Part shown: positions 51,965 through 64,000 of the stretch, one piece after another
Position numbering within the stretch: position 1 is the stretch's first letter
Layout: the number at the start of each line of letters is the position of its first letter
Assembly: GCA_951406725.2 (NCBI GenBank)
Contig: OX597820.1
Coordinates: 95,108,001 to 95,172,000 of the forward strand
Direction of reading: 5' to 3'
Source: Octopus vulgaris
Lineage: Eukaryota
Length of the DNA stretch: 64,000 bases
Program-made: the position numbers and the translations under genes
Notes under the pieces: generated by a model
Told to the model about the DNA's origin: nothing
Seen by the model: only the letters and a program-made list of their open reading frames with translations
Database searches by the model: none

Positions 51965-53220
51965 AGATAAAACTTACTTGGAAATGGACGTGTGGCGTTC
52001 AATCATATAATAATATAAATAATATATATACATACATATACATATATGTACATACCTATATATATATATGTATATATACATGCATATATGGGTACAGAAC
52101 ATCAAAAAATGTGAACAAAATGAAAAACGAGAACATGAAAAACAATAACATGGAAAACAAACTCTTTTTTCAAACAACAAAAGAAACAAATAGAGAAACA
52201 AGACAGGCAACATAAAGAACAATCCCCTCATCAGTTGCCCCTGTTTTATCTACTCTGTGTTTCGAACATTGGGACAAAACACGACTTCGTTAAAACAGTC
52301 ATTCCCGCAAAGTAAATTAAATAAATTTTGGGATTTTGTGGAGGGTTAAAGTGGTAACAAAAACAGGACAGTAAGATCAAAACAGTAAAAATGGTAAAGG
52401 CTGTTAAGCTATTACGAGGTAATGTAGTGAACGCTGGAAAAAGGAGCTTTGACAGGAAACAGGCAAAAGTAGGTTTTGTCTCTTGTAAAGCAAGAGGAAG
52501 AAAGAACGATAGCTGCTGATTATGTGTGAGCAACAAGAGAGTCAAGGAGGAAGTTTGAGGGAGAGAAAGAGACCGGTGAAGTAGTAAGGAGAAGAAAAAC
52601 AGAAAGAAAGAAGAATAATAGAGACAGTTTTAGAGTGCACATCAGAATTAAGATAAAACTTACTTGGAAATGGGTGCATGACAGTTGATCATATAATAGT
52701 ATAAATAATATATATATATGCATATATACATATATCATCATCATCATCGTTTAGCGTCCGTTTTCCATGGACGCTATATATATATATATATATATACATA
52801 AATCCAAAATAACAGAACAAACACAAGAAAAATACAACACATGGTACATGCAAAGTATTAGCAGACACCCAGTGAAGGAAAGAAAGGTAGTTTTACATTT
52901 CAAGCAAAGCTCTCCATCAGAAACAGCAGACAGAGGAAAGTTGAAGAGAAAAAGAAAATGAAGGAAAAAAATCACCAACAATCCACATGTGGTTACATTT
53001 TGAAGTATATGTATGTGTGTGTGTGTGTATGTATATATATATATATATATACACACACAAACACTATATATATTATATGTATATAGTTGAAATTTATAGA
53101 AAAACAAATGACGAGGACAGGTCTATGAACAACAAGCAAGTGTATTAGTTTGACATTTGGGAAAAATAAAAGTATTTTACATTTTGAGCCTATGCTCTTC
53201 AACAGAAAGGAATAAGAGAA
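51965..53220 (-). mobile_element. Cluster of Penelope pLTR-like fragments with degenerate hammerhead motifs
   Basis: Minus strand: gttt-CTGATGGA-gagctttgctt-GAAA-tgtA-aaac (52890-52924); ttt-CTGTTGAA-gagcataggctc-AAAA-tgtA-aaa (53175-53208); CTGATGA at about 52228. Direct repeat agataaaacttacttggaaatgg at about 51965 and 52651. Confidence 0.55.
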
Positions 53221-54011
53221 AATATACATATACACATGTATGCATACTTATATACAATATATACCCATGTGATGTTTCCAGAAGTTATTTCCATCATGAT
53301 AGGGTTTCTTTACAAGAACCTTGTCTCACCAGATATTTTGGTCCTTTGTTTTTTTCTCTGTGAGGCTCAGGGTCTTAAAGTCAGCCTTCACCACTTCATC
53401 CCCTTATTTTCCTTTTTCACAAGCTCCAGCCACATTTAGTGATCGACCCTTTTTATACAGCTGTCCTCAACCATATGCATTACGTGTCCATACCAGTACA
53501 GTCTTCCTTCATGCATACTACATCTGATTCCTCTTATGACCAGTCTTTTTTTATAGTACATTTATACTATGATCCTCATGCACGTTTAGATTTCACATCC
53601 AACAGAGCATGCTCACTTAATTTCTTTCCAGTCTTCTCATGTCCTTTGCATTCGAGGCCCACATCTCACTACCATGCAGCATTGCCAGCAACAGTAGAAG
53701 CCCTCTGAACTTTTTCTAACCTGTTCTTACTGTAACAACTAAGCTTTCAGAGCAACCACCTCTCTTGCTAACAACATCCCTAATATATTGATTGATTGAT
53801 TGATTCTAGTTTCAGCTCATGAGCTGTGGCCATGCTGGGGCACCGCCATTTGGTGTTGCTACATGGTTTTACTTCACGGAAGCTTTTTAGCAACTGCCAT
53901 TTGGTGCATGAGAGAGTTCGATGCGGCTGCCCTCATCTGCACCTCCTGCCGTGAAGTTGGTTCATCTGGGATACCTGACAGGAAGAGATCCAGTTTCATA
54001 TATATATATAT

Positions 54012-54231
54012 ATGGAGAAAAAAGTCTAGGTAGAAAATGGTAAAATAATTTTATAAAAACCATTTCAGTACTGGTTTCAGTCATTGAGACTTTTTCTACT
54101 GTAAGTAAGGAAAATTTCCAAAATTTAATTGTTTTCCATACAGTTGAAAAAGTCTCAATGACTGAAACCGGTACTGAAATGTTTTTTATAAAATCATTTT
54201 AGCATTTTCTACCTTGACTTTTTTTTCCATA
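54012..54231. repeat. Palindromic pLTR-like pair (~92-bp arms) in (TA)n, each arm carrying a hammerhead motif
   Basis: 54012-54103 is the reverse complement of 54139-54231. Confidence 0.88.
54141..54176 (+). ncRNA. Minimal hammerhead ribozyme motif, U3-A8 core variant
   Basis: cag-TTGAAAA-agtc tcaat gact-GAAA-ccgg-TA-ctg; palindromic stem III ACCGGT. Confidence 0.65.
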
Positions 54232-54329
54232 TATATCAACTCGTGTGTTCCTTTTCAACCTTCTACATATATATATATAGGCTTGAAACTTTTGCTAAAA
54301 CCAAAGTCCTAATAAAGTAGGAGGGCAAG

Positions 54330-55546
54330 GAAACCACAAATCCCTTCAGGTAGATGGCCCTGCTCGATCTGTAGAAAAGGCATAGGCAGAAACTCTATAA
54401 GATGTACCCAGTGTAAGCTATGGACACAAGAGGTGCAGCAATATCAAAGGAAGGCTAACTGGGAAGGTAGTTTTTGTATGTGGCTGATGCTCAGGATCAA
54501 TAAACACTGAAAACGTGCAGAGAACAACTTCCATCACATTCTAGGGAGAAAAACTAGAAGTAGTTGATAGCTTCCGTTACCTAGGTGACCAAGTCAGTAG
54601 CAGGGGAGGGTGCACTGAAAGTGTAGCTGCTAGAATAAGAATAGCCTGGGCAAAGTTCAGAGAGCTCTTGCTCAGAGTAAAAGGTAGACTGTATGATGCA
54701 TGTGTACGAACAGCCATGCTACATGGCAGTGAAACATGGGCTATGACTGCTGAGGATATGCGTAAGCTCGCAAGGAATGAAGCTAGTATGATCCGATGGA
54801 TGTGTAATGTTAGTGTGCAAGAGAGACGATTACGCTGGTATGGTCATGTGGCAAGAATGGATGAGGATAGCTGTGTGAAAAAGTACCACACCCTAGCGGT
54901 TGAGGGAACCTGTGGAAGAGGTAGACCTGGGATGAAGTGGTGAAGCACGACCTTCAAACATTAGGCCTCACTGAGACAATGACCAGTGATCAAAACTTTT
55001 GGAAATATGCAGTGCTTGAGAAAACCTGGCAAGCCAAGTGGGACCATAACCTTGTGGCCTAAGCCAGGGGTGTAACCAGCCCACTTATGAGTACCTTCCC
55101 TTCATTGGACACTGCTTGTGAAGACCTGTTGAGACAAGTGAAATCAAAATCAAATTCGATGACTGGCATCCGTGCTAGTGGAGCACTAAGAGCACCATCC
55201 GAGCGTGATCCTTGCCAGAGTGCCAGTGGCACGTAAAAAGCACCATTCGAGGGTGATCGTTACCAGCGTCGCCTTACTGGCAGTTGTGCAGGTGACGCGT
55301 AAAAAAAATAAGATTTTTTTTGGTCGTTGCCAGTACCGCCTGACTGGCCCTCGTGTCGGTGACACGTAAAAGCACCCACTACACTCTCGGAGTGGTTGAC
55401 GTTAGGAAGGGGATCCAGCTGTAGAAACTCTGCCAGATCAAGATTGGAGCCTGGTGCAGCCATCTGGTTCGCCAGTCCTCAGTCAAATCGTCCAACCCAT
55501 GCTAGCATGGAAAGCGGACGTTAGACGATGATGATGATGTTGATGA
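54330..55546 (+). mobile_element. 5'-truncated RTE LINE with small internal deletions
   Basis: Co-linear with 14503-15771; (GAT)n tail. Confidence 0.9.
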
Positions 55547-55676
55547 TATATATATATATATATATATATAGGCTCGAAACTTTTTCACTTCCCGAGCGTT
55601 AAACTAATACACCTGTTTGTTGTCTACACCTCCTGTCTTCGTCTTTTGTTGGGGTTTTTTTTGTGAATTCTCCCCA

Positions 55677-55716
<40 letters not shown>

Positions 55717-55717
<1 letters not shown>

Positions 55718-56609
55718 TAGCAGTATCGCCCGGGTTTGTAAGGGAAATAACTATATAAGCATTTTTAGAGAGTTATAGCAAAAAAATGCATTAAAAATGG
55801 AATAAAAAATGATGGTAATTTTTTTTTAATCGTTGACTCATCGTAGACATTTTTAGAGAGTTACTTCCCTTATATAATAGCGAAAAAATGCATTAAAATG
55901 GAAAAAATGATGGTAATTTTTTTTTTAATCGTAGACTCATCGTAGACGCGCGCTAATACCCAGAAGGGCTCGATATGAATCACGACTATAAGATACCCGG
56001 TTTTAGTTAAACTGCACCGCAAAATGTGGGAGTAGTTAGGAATCTAAATCGTAGGAGACAGACACACAACTTCACTTTTATATATAAAGATTTGTGCAAC
56101 AACTAAAACATTCGGTTGGGCAAATTATTTGCACGGGAAACCTTCCCTGTGTGGCGTGTTTCCCGATTTTGTAGAATTTGCTTTCGGGCTTTCTTAGCCA
56201 TCTCTGTTTTGGTGTCTTCAAGCCATGAAGTCGTTGTTCTAAAAGAACGCTGGTCTCCTTGACAACGCTTTACGACGTTGATTTCCTTACACTCCCTTCC
56301 CCACAGCTTCACGAGGGAGGGAAGAAGCGGAGAAGCAACACAGGTGCAGGTGTGAGCATGGACGCCAACTCCGCCGCCATCGACACACGAAAAATTATGC
56401 ATTAAAATGGAATAAAAAATGATGTTAAATTATTTTTAAAATCGTAGACTCATCGTAGACGCGCGCTAATACTCAGACGGGCTCGATATGAATCACGACT
56501 ATAAGATACCCGAATTTGGTTAAACTGCACCGCAAAATGTGGGAGTAGTTAGGAATCTAAATCGAAGGGGACAGACACTCACACAACTACAGTTTTATAT
56601 ATATATAGA
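55717..56609 (-). mobile_element. Non-autonomous Helitron with two tandem 5' ends
   Basis: Minus strand A|TC at 56609 ... CTAG|T at 55717; second TC terminus at 56090; ~200-bp direct repeat (about 55885-56070 and 56395-56590); CpG-rich. Confidence 0.75.
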
Positions 56610-57099
56610 TATATATAAAGTTCAAATATAGGTTACAAACCTCCATAAGGGATAATAAAATCCAATGAAAATAATGGTTAGTTACCTATTTAAAAAGTGT
56701 TGACTATTACAATTAATATTCAACAGTAAGGTAACTAGTTAAACTGTGGTTTATATATATTTTAAGAAGATAAGAAAATAGATAATGGATCCTCACTCTA
56801 TTTTCCTATCTTCTTAATACACACACACATAAATGACTGAAGGGTTTTAGAGTTTCGCGATTTGATGCAAAATCAAGCCCTTTGTTACTCATACAGCTAA
56901 AATATATATGTAGTAGTTCTGTGTAGAGCAACATTTTTGACTACCACTAACTACATCTCTAGTTAGATCGTTCGATTTTCTAGAAATAACAGCGAAACAC
57001 CCTGCATAGATACAGTAGTCCTAGATATATGAGAAGAGTATTTGGTCATGTCTTGGACGATTATTATTGAAAACCCGCTCAATTATGAGTTGATCTAAA

Positions 57100-57436
57100 C
57101 AATATCCTCGCCTTAATCATCTGACCAAATGACCAATGAGAAACCTAGTGTTGTGACTTCCGCTGTACTTTTATTCCAGAATTATGTAAATTTATTCGTT
57201 CAGCTTTTTTTGTTTCGTAATCCATTGCACGTGTCGAGAAATTCAGAGTAGCTACTGAGTGAATCTATAACTTAGATCGACAATCTATCGATTGATCTAT
57301 CTCAAACAGGAGATTATAAACTTACGTAAAGTTCCAACACAAAAACCATCAATTTTGTTTTCTGCGAGATTTCAGCGTTAGAACTATAGTTTCCATTTCA
57401 CATTTTATATTCACTCGCAGATTTATATATGTAAGT
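57100..57436 (+). promoter_or_regulatory. Promoter-like region and possible non-coding first exon of an unidentified gene
   Basis: Unique, CpG-retaining sequence with CCAAT (about 57133), ETS-like ACTTCCG (about 57157), E-box CACGTG (about 57228) and a GTAAGT donor at 57431. No coding exon recognised. Confidence 0.35.
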
Positions 57437-60400
57437 ATTCTGTAGAGATATTTTGTATTTATGAATCTTGTCAATCAGTGTTATGTAAATATTCTTTGTT
57501 ATTCATTTACCTGTTTTTTGTTTTTTTTTTCATTACACTGATGCCATACTAAGGCATCATATCAACCTCAGTGCTATATGATATCTTCTTTTTTTTTAAA
57601 AAAAAAGAAAGGTATTCGTATGAGATTTGGCTGCTATTTGTTAGATCAGCAACCGTGTTTCTTTTTGCAATATTAATACTTATGGATGTAATGATATTTG
57701 CACAAAATTTTGAAGTTTAAAGGAATTCTCGGTAAGTTTACTATTAGGCCTATCTCACTTTAAGGTTTGCCGAAAGAACGAGTAATTTCCGACGGTTTCG
57801 AATGGTCAGATTCATTCAAAACATCAAGGAAAATGTATAAACAAAAATTTATTGTCTAAATTTACCACTTTTTTTTTTAATGAAATTCTTACATTTCATT
57901 TTGAAACAGATTTAAGAAGGCAAAAATAAGATAGGTTTACTTTAACTAAAAGCGACAGCGTAAATTTAAGGTTATATAGTGTAATGTAAAACGGGGAACT
58001 ACATTGCATGGCTAAATAGTAGAGGTTATGTAAATGGTTGGAGACGTGATAGGAACTTCACGGAATTAATGACACATACACACGAAATAATTTTCATATT
58101 ATCTCCATCAGAATGTGAAACTAACACTCGTAAAAAAATGCGAGTATTGTCTATTCATAACAATCGCTTAAATATTGGGGCTTGCATCTTTCTTGAGTAG
58201 GATGATGTGTCATAGTTGTAAATGAATTGGTATCTGTTTGAAAACTGATTTCGACGTTAAATATTTGTATTTACTTGACAGATTGACTTGTGGGTATCCG
58301 TTTTGAGCCGACCAAAGTCAGTGGATTTGGTAGATGGAAATTGAAAGAAGCCTGTCGTATATATATATATATATCTATATGATTGTGTTTTTGTGTCTGT
58401 CCCCTCTCCCGTCACCGCTTGACAACCGGTGTTGGTGTGTTTACGCCCCCATACCTTAGCGGTTCGGCAAAAGGGACCTATATAATAAGTACTAGGCTTT
58501 AAAAAAGTCCTGAGATCTATTTGTTTGACTAAAACTTTTCAAGACAGTGCTCCAGCATGGCCGCAGTCAAATCACAAAAACAAGTGAAAGAATAGTCTAT
58601 CGATTCAACTTGGTTAGTTGAATATGTACCTTGATGGGCTAATTCCTGTAATTTGCTGATCGATCAGAAATCATGTATACGTATTCAGTATTGACCTTTA
58701 AAAGTTCAATTTTATCCTGGTATGGTCTCTCCAGAGTGCACTGGAATTAGCTTGTATAATCGAGTGAGCATCCATATTTTGAGGCCCTTGTTGGCAAAGG
58801 AACATCCATTCACAAGGGATCTCGTTTGTTAGCGTACAGAGGAACTAGTTGCAGCACCATCTACTGCATGTCAACTTTTTATTTGCATGTCTGAAGCGTC
58901 ATTAGTTTGGTTGTCCGTATATAATACTGTTGTATGTTCTACCTGGTCATCACTCAGGTATTGTAGGATTGGTATGACTAACAGTGATTCCATATTTATA
59001 TAGAAAGTGAATAGAATACTTCATAGGTCATGAGTGTTGTCACTCAATTTGATGAATGTACTTTGGTGTTTGGGAAATGTAGAACAACTGGTAAAAACAG
59101 TAGGTTTTAGGGAAAATGTTGCTGCAACAAAATAGAAAAGGGAATCATCCAGTGTTTTTTGTTTGTTGATGGCAAAGGAACCATGAAATCGTTCACAACT
59201 GTAGCTAGCCATTATTTGGTTTTCATTGTTTGAATGAAATTGGGAGTTTATTTAATGACAAACAACAGTTTTAGTTGTATTTCCTCTGTTCAGCCAGGTA
59301 AGGTTTTAGTATGCAGTCAGTGGATCATGCACTTTAAGGCAGGTAACAAAGAGCATCATGGATTTCTATTAGATTCTGGAGGTTCATGATTGAACAGTAG
59401 ATTCTAGAAAACATGCCAGTGGCATGATTTTGTGTGCCTTGATGATGTAGAATGTCATAGAAGCAAGGTAGCTCAATCTGTCATTCATACACACTGACAT
59501 TACACATTGAATAGTGTATGCTCACTTCATTTCCATCAAGCTATTGCAAACATATCATATTCAAGATTTTGTTTTGCTAACATTGAACATCACACTTCCT
59601 ACACAAGCATCATACAATTTGGTTGTTACATGGACAGATTTCCTTTGTTACTAATTGAAGTAACAACTCACATTATCATCATCATCAATTTAATGTCTAC
59701 TTTTCCATACTTGAATCAGGCAAGAAGAGTAACTTTTCCATACTGAGTGATAGCAGCATTGTGTCCCACCTACACATCATCATCATCATCATCATTGTTT
59801 AACATTCATCTTCCATGCTAGCATGGGTGGGACATTCCACAATAAAATTTTCATACACCCTACCCTTAGAATCCAAACTACATTTCCTCTCCCAAACTGC
59901 ATCTTTTCTCTTTCTCACTATGATTTCACTATGATTGTACACTGTGATTATCTCTGACTTCCCGTCCCTGTCTTCATTGCCCTGCTCACTGTATTGCTGC
60001 TATCTCCATCCCCCTCTTTATTTCCAGGTTCTTGCCAATCACTGCAATATCCACCCCCATTCCCTACATGCACCCTCTTTGCAATACCTGGCCACATATA
60101 TCATGGTCCCATACTTTGAGGGCTTTCCCTGACAGTTACTACCATTTATCTCTCTCATTTACTCTATCCTTCCATCTTTGCTCTGAATCCCATTCCTTGT
60201 GAGTATACCCTGACACTTCATCATCTTTCTGCTTCTTTGCTCTTCCTTCTGGCTGGGTAACCATGTATCTCCTCTACAGCAGCACATCTGTTTCTGCCCT
60301 CATTCTTAATGACTCTCTTCTTCTTTTGCTCTTCTCTCTGGTTAGGTAACCAAGTCTCTTTTACAGCAGCACACCTGTTTCAATCCTCTTTCTTGTTACC

Positions 60401-61630
60401 ACTCTCTCCCTCCCCCTCTCTGTTTGTCTGTCTCTGTTGGCCAGTTAACCATGTACCTCCGTCATGGTGAGACACCTGTTTCTCTCTGTCACACACTAAT
60501 CTTCCCTCCATCTGACGCAAGATAACCTCCAATGCCCCTGCCCCTCTCAAAATTCTTTGTCTTGCAAGATACTTGGTAACCTTGCCAGTGCTGGTGCCAT
60601 GTAAAAAAAAACATCCAGTTCACAGTGTGAAGTGATTGGCATTTGGAAGGGCATCCAGCAGTAAAAATCGTGCCAAACCTGACGTCACCTGTGCTGATAC
60701 TATCTAAAAAGCACCCAGTCCACTCTATGGGGTAGTTGGTATTAGAAAGGGCATCCAGCCATAAAAATCCATGCCAAAATACACTCAGTAGCCTGGTGTA
60801 GTCTTCTACCTGGCCGCATCCTGTCAAACTGTCCAACCCATGCCAAGATGGAAGACAGACATTAAATGATGATGTTGAATCAGGTAAGAAGAGTACCTTG
60901 GGGAAAACTTTTCTATAGTTGGATGTCCTTCTTGTTGTCACCTTGCACTTGTTTCTTGTGGAGTATTAAGCTCTCAGTTTATTGAACAGCAAACAGCCCA
61001 GACATGTTTCACAGTGAGAAATAGAAACAGATGATACTGTATGAATGAGCCTTTTCTTTACAAAGATTGTGTAATTAGTCAAAAAGCTCAGATATGCCTT
61101 TGTGGTAGGCTCCAAGCAATAGATACTATTTAACACTGTCAGCAAGACCTTTTGTATACAACTTGCAAATATAGATGAAGACAAGGGAAATAGGAAAAGT
61201 CTGAAGTCAAAGTTATATCATTTCATGTGTACAGCAATTAAAAGAGCAAATAAATTACTTCACGTGGCTTCTGAATAGCTGTTACATGTGGTTGAAATAG
61301 CACAATGACACTTGCAAATGGAAGGCTGGGTGCTTTTTTGTGTGTGTAAATTTATTCCTGTATTTATACTGTCCTACAGAAATCAGGCTACTTTTTGTGT
61401 GCCACCCACCATGTTTGTGTGTGTGTATGTATGTATGTGTGTATATATATACATACATACATATATATATATATAATAAGGGGGATCACCATCTGAATGT
61501 GGCTAGGGACAGGGCGGGTGGTGGGGTGTTATGATGCATTTAGCCCCAGGCGATCATCGACATCACCAGAAGGACCGACACCATCTCGGTGTCCTTGCTA
61601 GCCTGCAAAGGAGATCAGCCTCCCGAAGAT

Positions 61631-61668
<38 letters not shown>

Positions 61669-61673
61669 CACAG

Positions 61674-61709
<36 letters not shown>

Positions 61710-61789
61710 CGGGGTGGTGGGGGTGTTATATATAGCAGGCGATCATCGACGTCACCAGAAGGACCGACACCATCTCGGTATATATAGTT

Positions 61790-64000
61790 AATCCAAACAT
61801 GAAAATACTTGTACCCTGAATTCCTCACTATACTCATTGCCAACTCTCACCTTACTGACAGCATCCCTGCACATGGTTTGTACGACTCTCACCAACTACC
61901 TATATATCCCTAGCTTCTGCACTGACTATCAGATAAGGTTGCAGAGGACTCTGTCAAAGACTTTCTCCATGTCAACAAAAGCCAAGTACAGAGGTTTATT
62001 TTTGGCTAGATATTTCTCCTGCAGTTGCCTAACTAGGAATATAGCATCAGTTGTGCTACTCATCATCATCATCATCGTTTAACGTCCGTTTTCCATGCTG
62101 GCATGGGTTGGACGGTTTGACTGGGGACTGGCAAGCCAGGGAGCTACACTAGGCTCCAATCTGATCTGGCAGTGCTTCTACAGCTAGATGCCCATCCTAA
62201 TGTCAACCACTCCGAGAGTGTAGTGAGTGCTTTTTACGTGTTACCTGCACAGGAGCCAGTCAGGTGGCACTGGCATCAGCCATGTTCGGATGGTGCCTTT
62301 TATGTGCTACCAACACAGCAGCCAGTTGGGGTGGGGATGCTGGCATTGACCACGTTTGGATGGTGTTTTCTTATGTGCTACTGGCACGGGAGCTAGTCAG
62401 GTGGCACAGGCAATGACCCACACATGAATGTGTGAACCCCTTCTTGTACCCAAAATTCATCACTATACTAATTGCCGACCCTTACCTTACTGACCACATC
62501 CCTGTACAGCTCTTATCAACTACTTGTCTATCTCTAGTTTCTGCATCGCCCACCAGGTAAGGGATCAGGGGACCCTGTCAAAGGCTTTCTCCAAATCAAC
62601 AAAAGCCAAGTATAGGGGTTTATCTTTGGCTAGGTATTTCTCCTGCAGTTGCTTTACCAGAAATATAGCATCTGTAATGCTTCTACCTGGCACAAAACTG
62701 AACTGCATCTCATCTAAACAGACTCTCTCCCTAATTAGTTGGGCTATGACCCTCTCCATGACCTTCATCACCTGATCCAGCAGTTTGATACCCCTGTAGT
62801 TATTTCTATCTAAAGCATTACCTTTATCTTTTTAGCAGTTGACTATGGTGCTGCTACTCCAGTCATTGGGTTTGACTCCTTCGTGAACTACCTGATTTAC
62901 AATATGGGTGACTTGACCATAACCTACACTACCTACTGCCTATCTCAAATCTAAACTGCATCTCATCTAGCCTAATTCTCTTGCTAATTAATTGAACTAT
63001 GACCCTTTCTGGGATTTTCTTCACCTGGTCCAGTAGTTTGATGCCTCTGTAATTATTTCTGTTTAAGACATAACCTTTGCTTTTGTAGCATTTGACTATG
63101 ATGCTGTTACACCAATCATTGGCTATGACTCCCCCATGGCCAACCTGATTAACTATATGGATGAGTAGACTATACCCTACTCTGCCAGATGTTTTAAGCA
63201 TCTCAGTGGAGATTCCTGATGGGGCAGGGGCTTTCCCTGTCTTCATGTCCTTAATTGTTTTATCTATTAAGCTACTGTCAATTAGGATAGCTGGTCCCTC
63301 AGTTGGGACAACATTTGGCAGATTTTCCTTTTCCCATTCATTCTCCACATTTAAGCAGCCTTTCATAATGGCATTTCTAAGCCACTTTCATTGCAGAATC
63401 ATTAAATGCAAGTGCACCATCATCTATGCAGACATATTTCTCTCCTATGTTATCACAATTTTCTCTCACACACTGCCTTGCAATCCAAAACACTTCAAGT
63501 CTCTGTTCTCACATTGCTGAACATAGGCAAACTTCTTCTTCTTTCTGCTTCTTCCCTGGCTAGATATACCTGTCTCCTAGCTTCTCTTCTGGTTATCTGT
63601 TACCCCAGGCATCCAATCCTTCTGAGCCTGTTTCTTTGCTCGAATAGTCTTGTTGAGTATTGTTCCACCACCACATTACCCGAGGTCTGGATGGGACATT
63701 GCACCAGCTGCAGATTTAGTCTGCGGCACTCAGCAAGTTGTCCCACAGGAATTCCCGGTTGCCCTCTATGTCACAAGTCTGTAGTTTCTCGTCCTTCTCA
63801 TCAAATTCCTCAATTAGGTTGTCCCTAAATCTCTGACAATATAAAGGGTCCTTAAGCTTCCAAATCCTTCTTTTCCAGATTCTCTGCTTCTTGGCATCCT
63901 TCTGGCCTGGAATCTTAAGTCATTAATGACTAGTCTATGCTGGGGGTACATTTTTCACCAGGGAAGGTCTTTCTATTTATGAACAACCATGTATCCTACT
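61790..64000 (-). mobile_element. Stacked RTE LINE fragments (RT N-terminal region, linker, EN end) with a nested tail at 62059-62420
   Basis: NYRGIKLLDQV, DEMQFSFVPGRSITDAIFLVKQLQEKYLAKDKPLYLAFVDLEKAFDRVP. Confidence 0.9.

Noticed and set aside
56835-56892. Additional minus-strand hammerhead (gcGAAActc)
   Set aside because: The CUGANGA box is unrecognisable; too degenerate to call.
61505-61780. ~75-bp direct repeat around TA tracts
   Set aside because: Small local duplication of a repeat fragment; no sign of function.

Overview
AT-rich, repeat-saturated eukaryotic DNA. The SINE, RTE, Penelope and Helitron repertoire and the microsatellites point to an octopod cephalopod (inference). Host genes read directly from the sequence: (1) the first coding exon of a lysosomal GH27 alpha-N-acetylgalactosaminidase/alpha-galactosidase (NAGA-like, minus strand, 5959-6125). 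A probable non-coding exon 1 and promoter lie at about 13.2 kb, and the rest of the gene lies left of the window. (2) A complete 4-exon FAM32A (plus strand, 27807-39342, 111 aa). (3) An intronless 327-aa ORF (47409-48392) that I cannot assign to a named gene. It has a Death-domain-like segment and possibly a CARD-like segment, sits inside a 7.3-kb block bracketed by a ~650-bp inverted duplication, and is preceded by a Penelope-type hammerhead ribozyme motif. A promoter-like region lies at about 57.1-57.4 kb. The rest is decayed mobile DNA: RTE and CR1/L2 LINEs, a Neptune-type Penelope element, mariner/Tc1/maT remnants, GG-terminated MITEs with an 8-bp TSD, TTAA MITEs, Helitron/Helentron derivatives and two tRNA-SINE families. 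Most short ORFs in the track are microsatellite or TE artefacts. All alignments and family calls were made by eye, and no database search was run.
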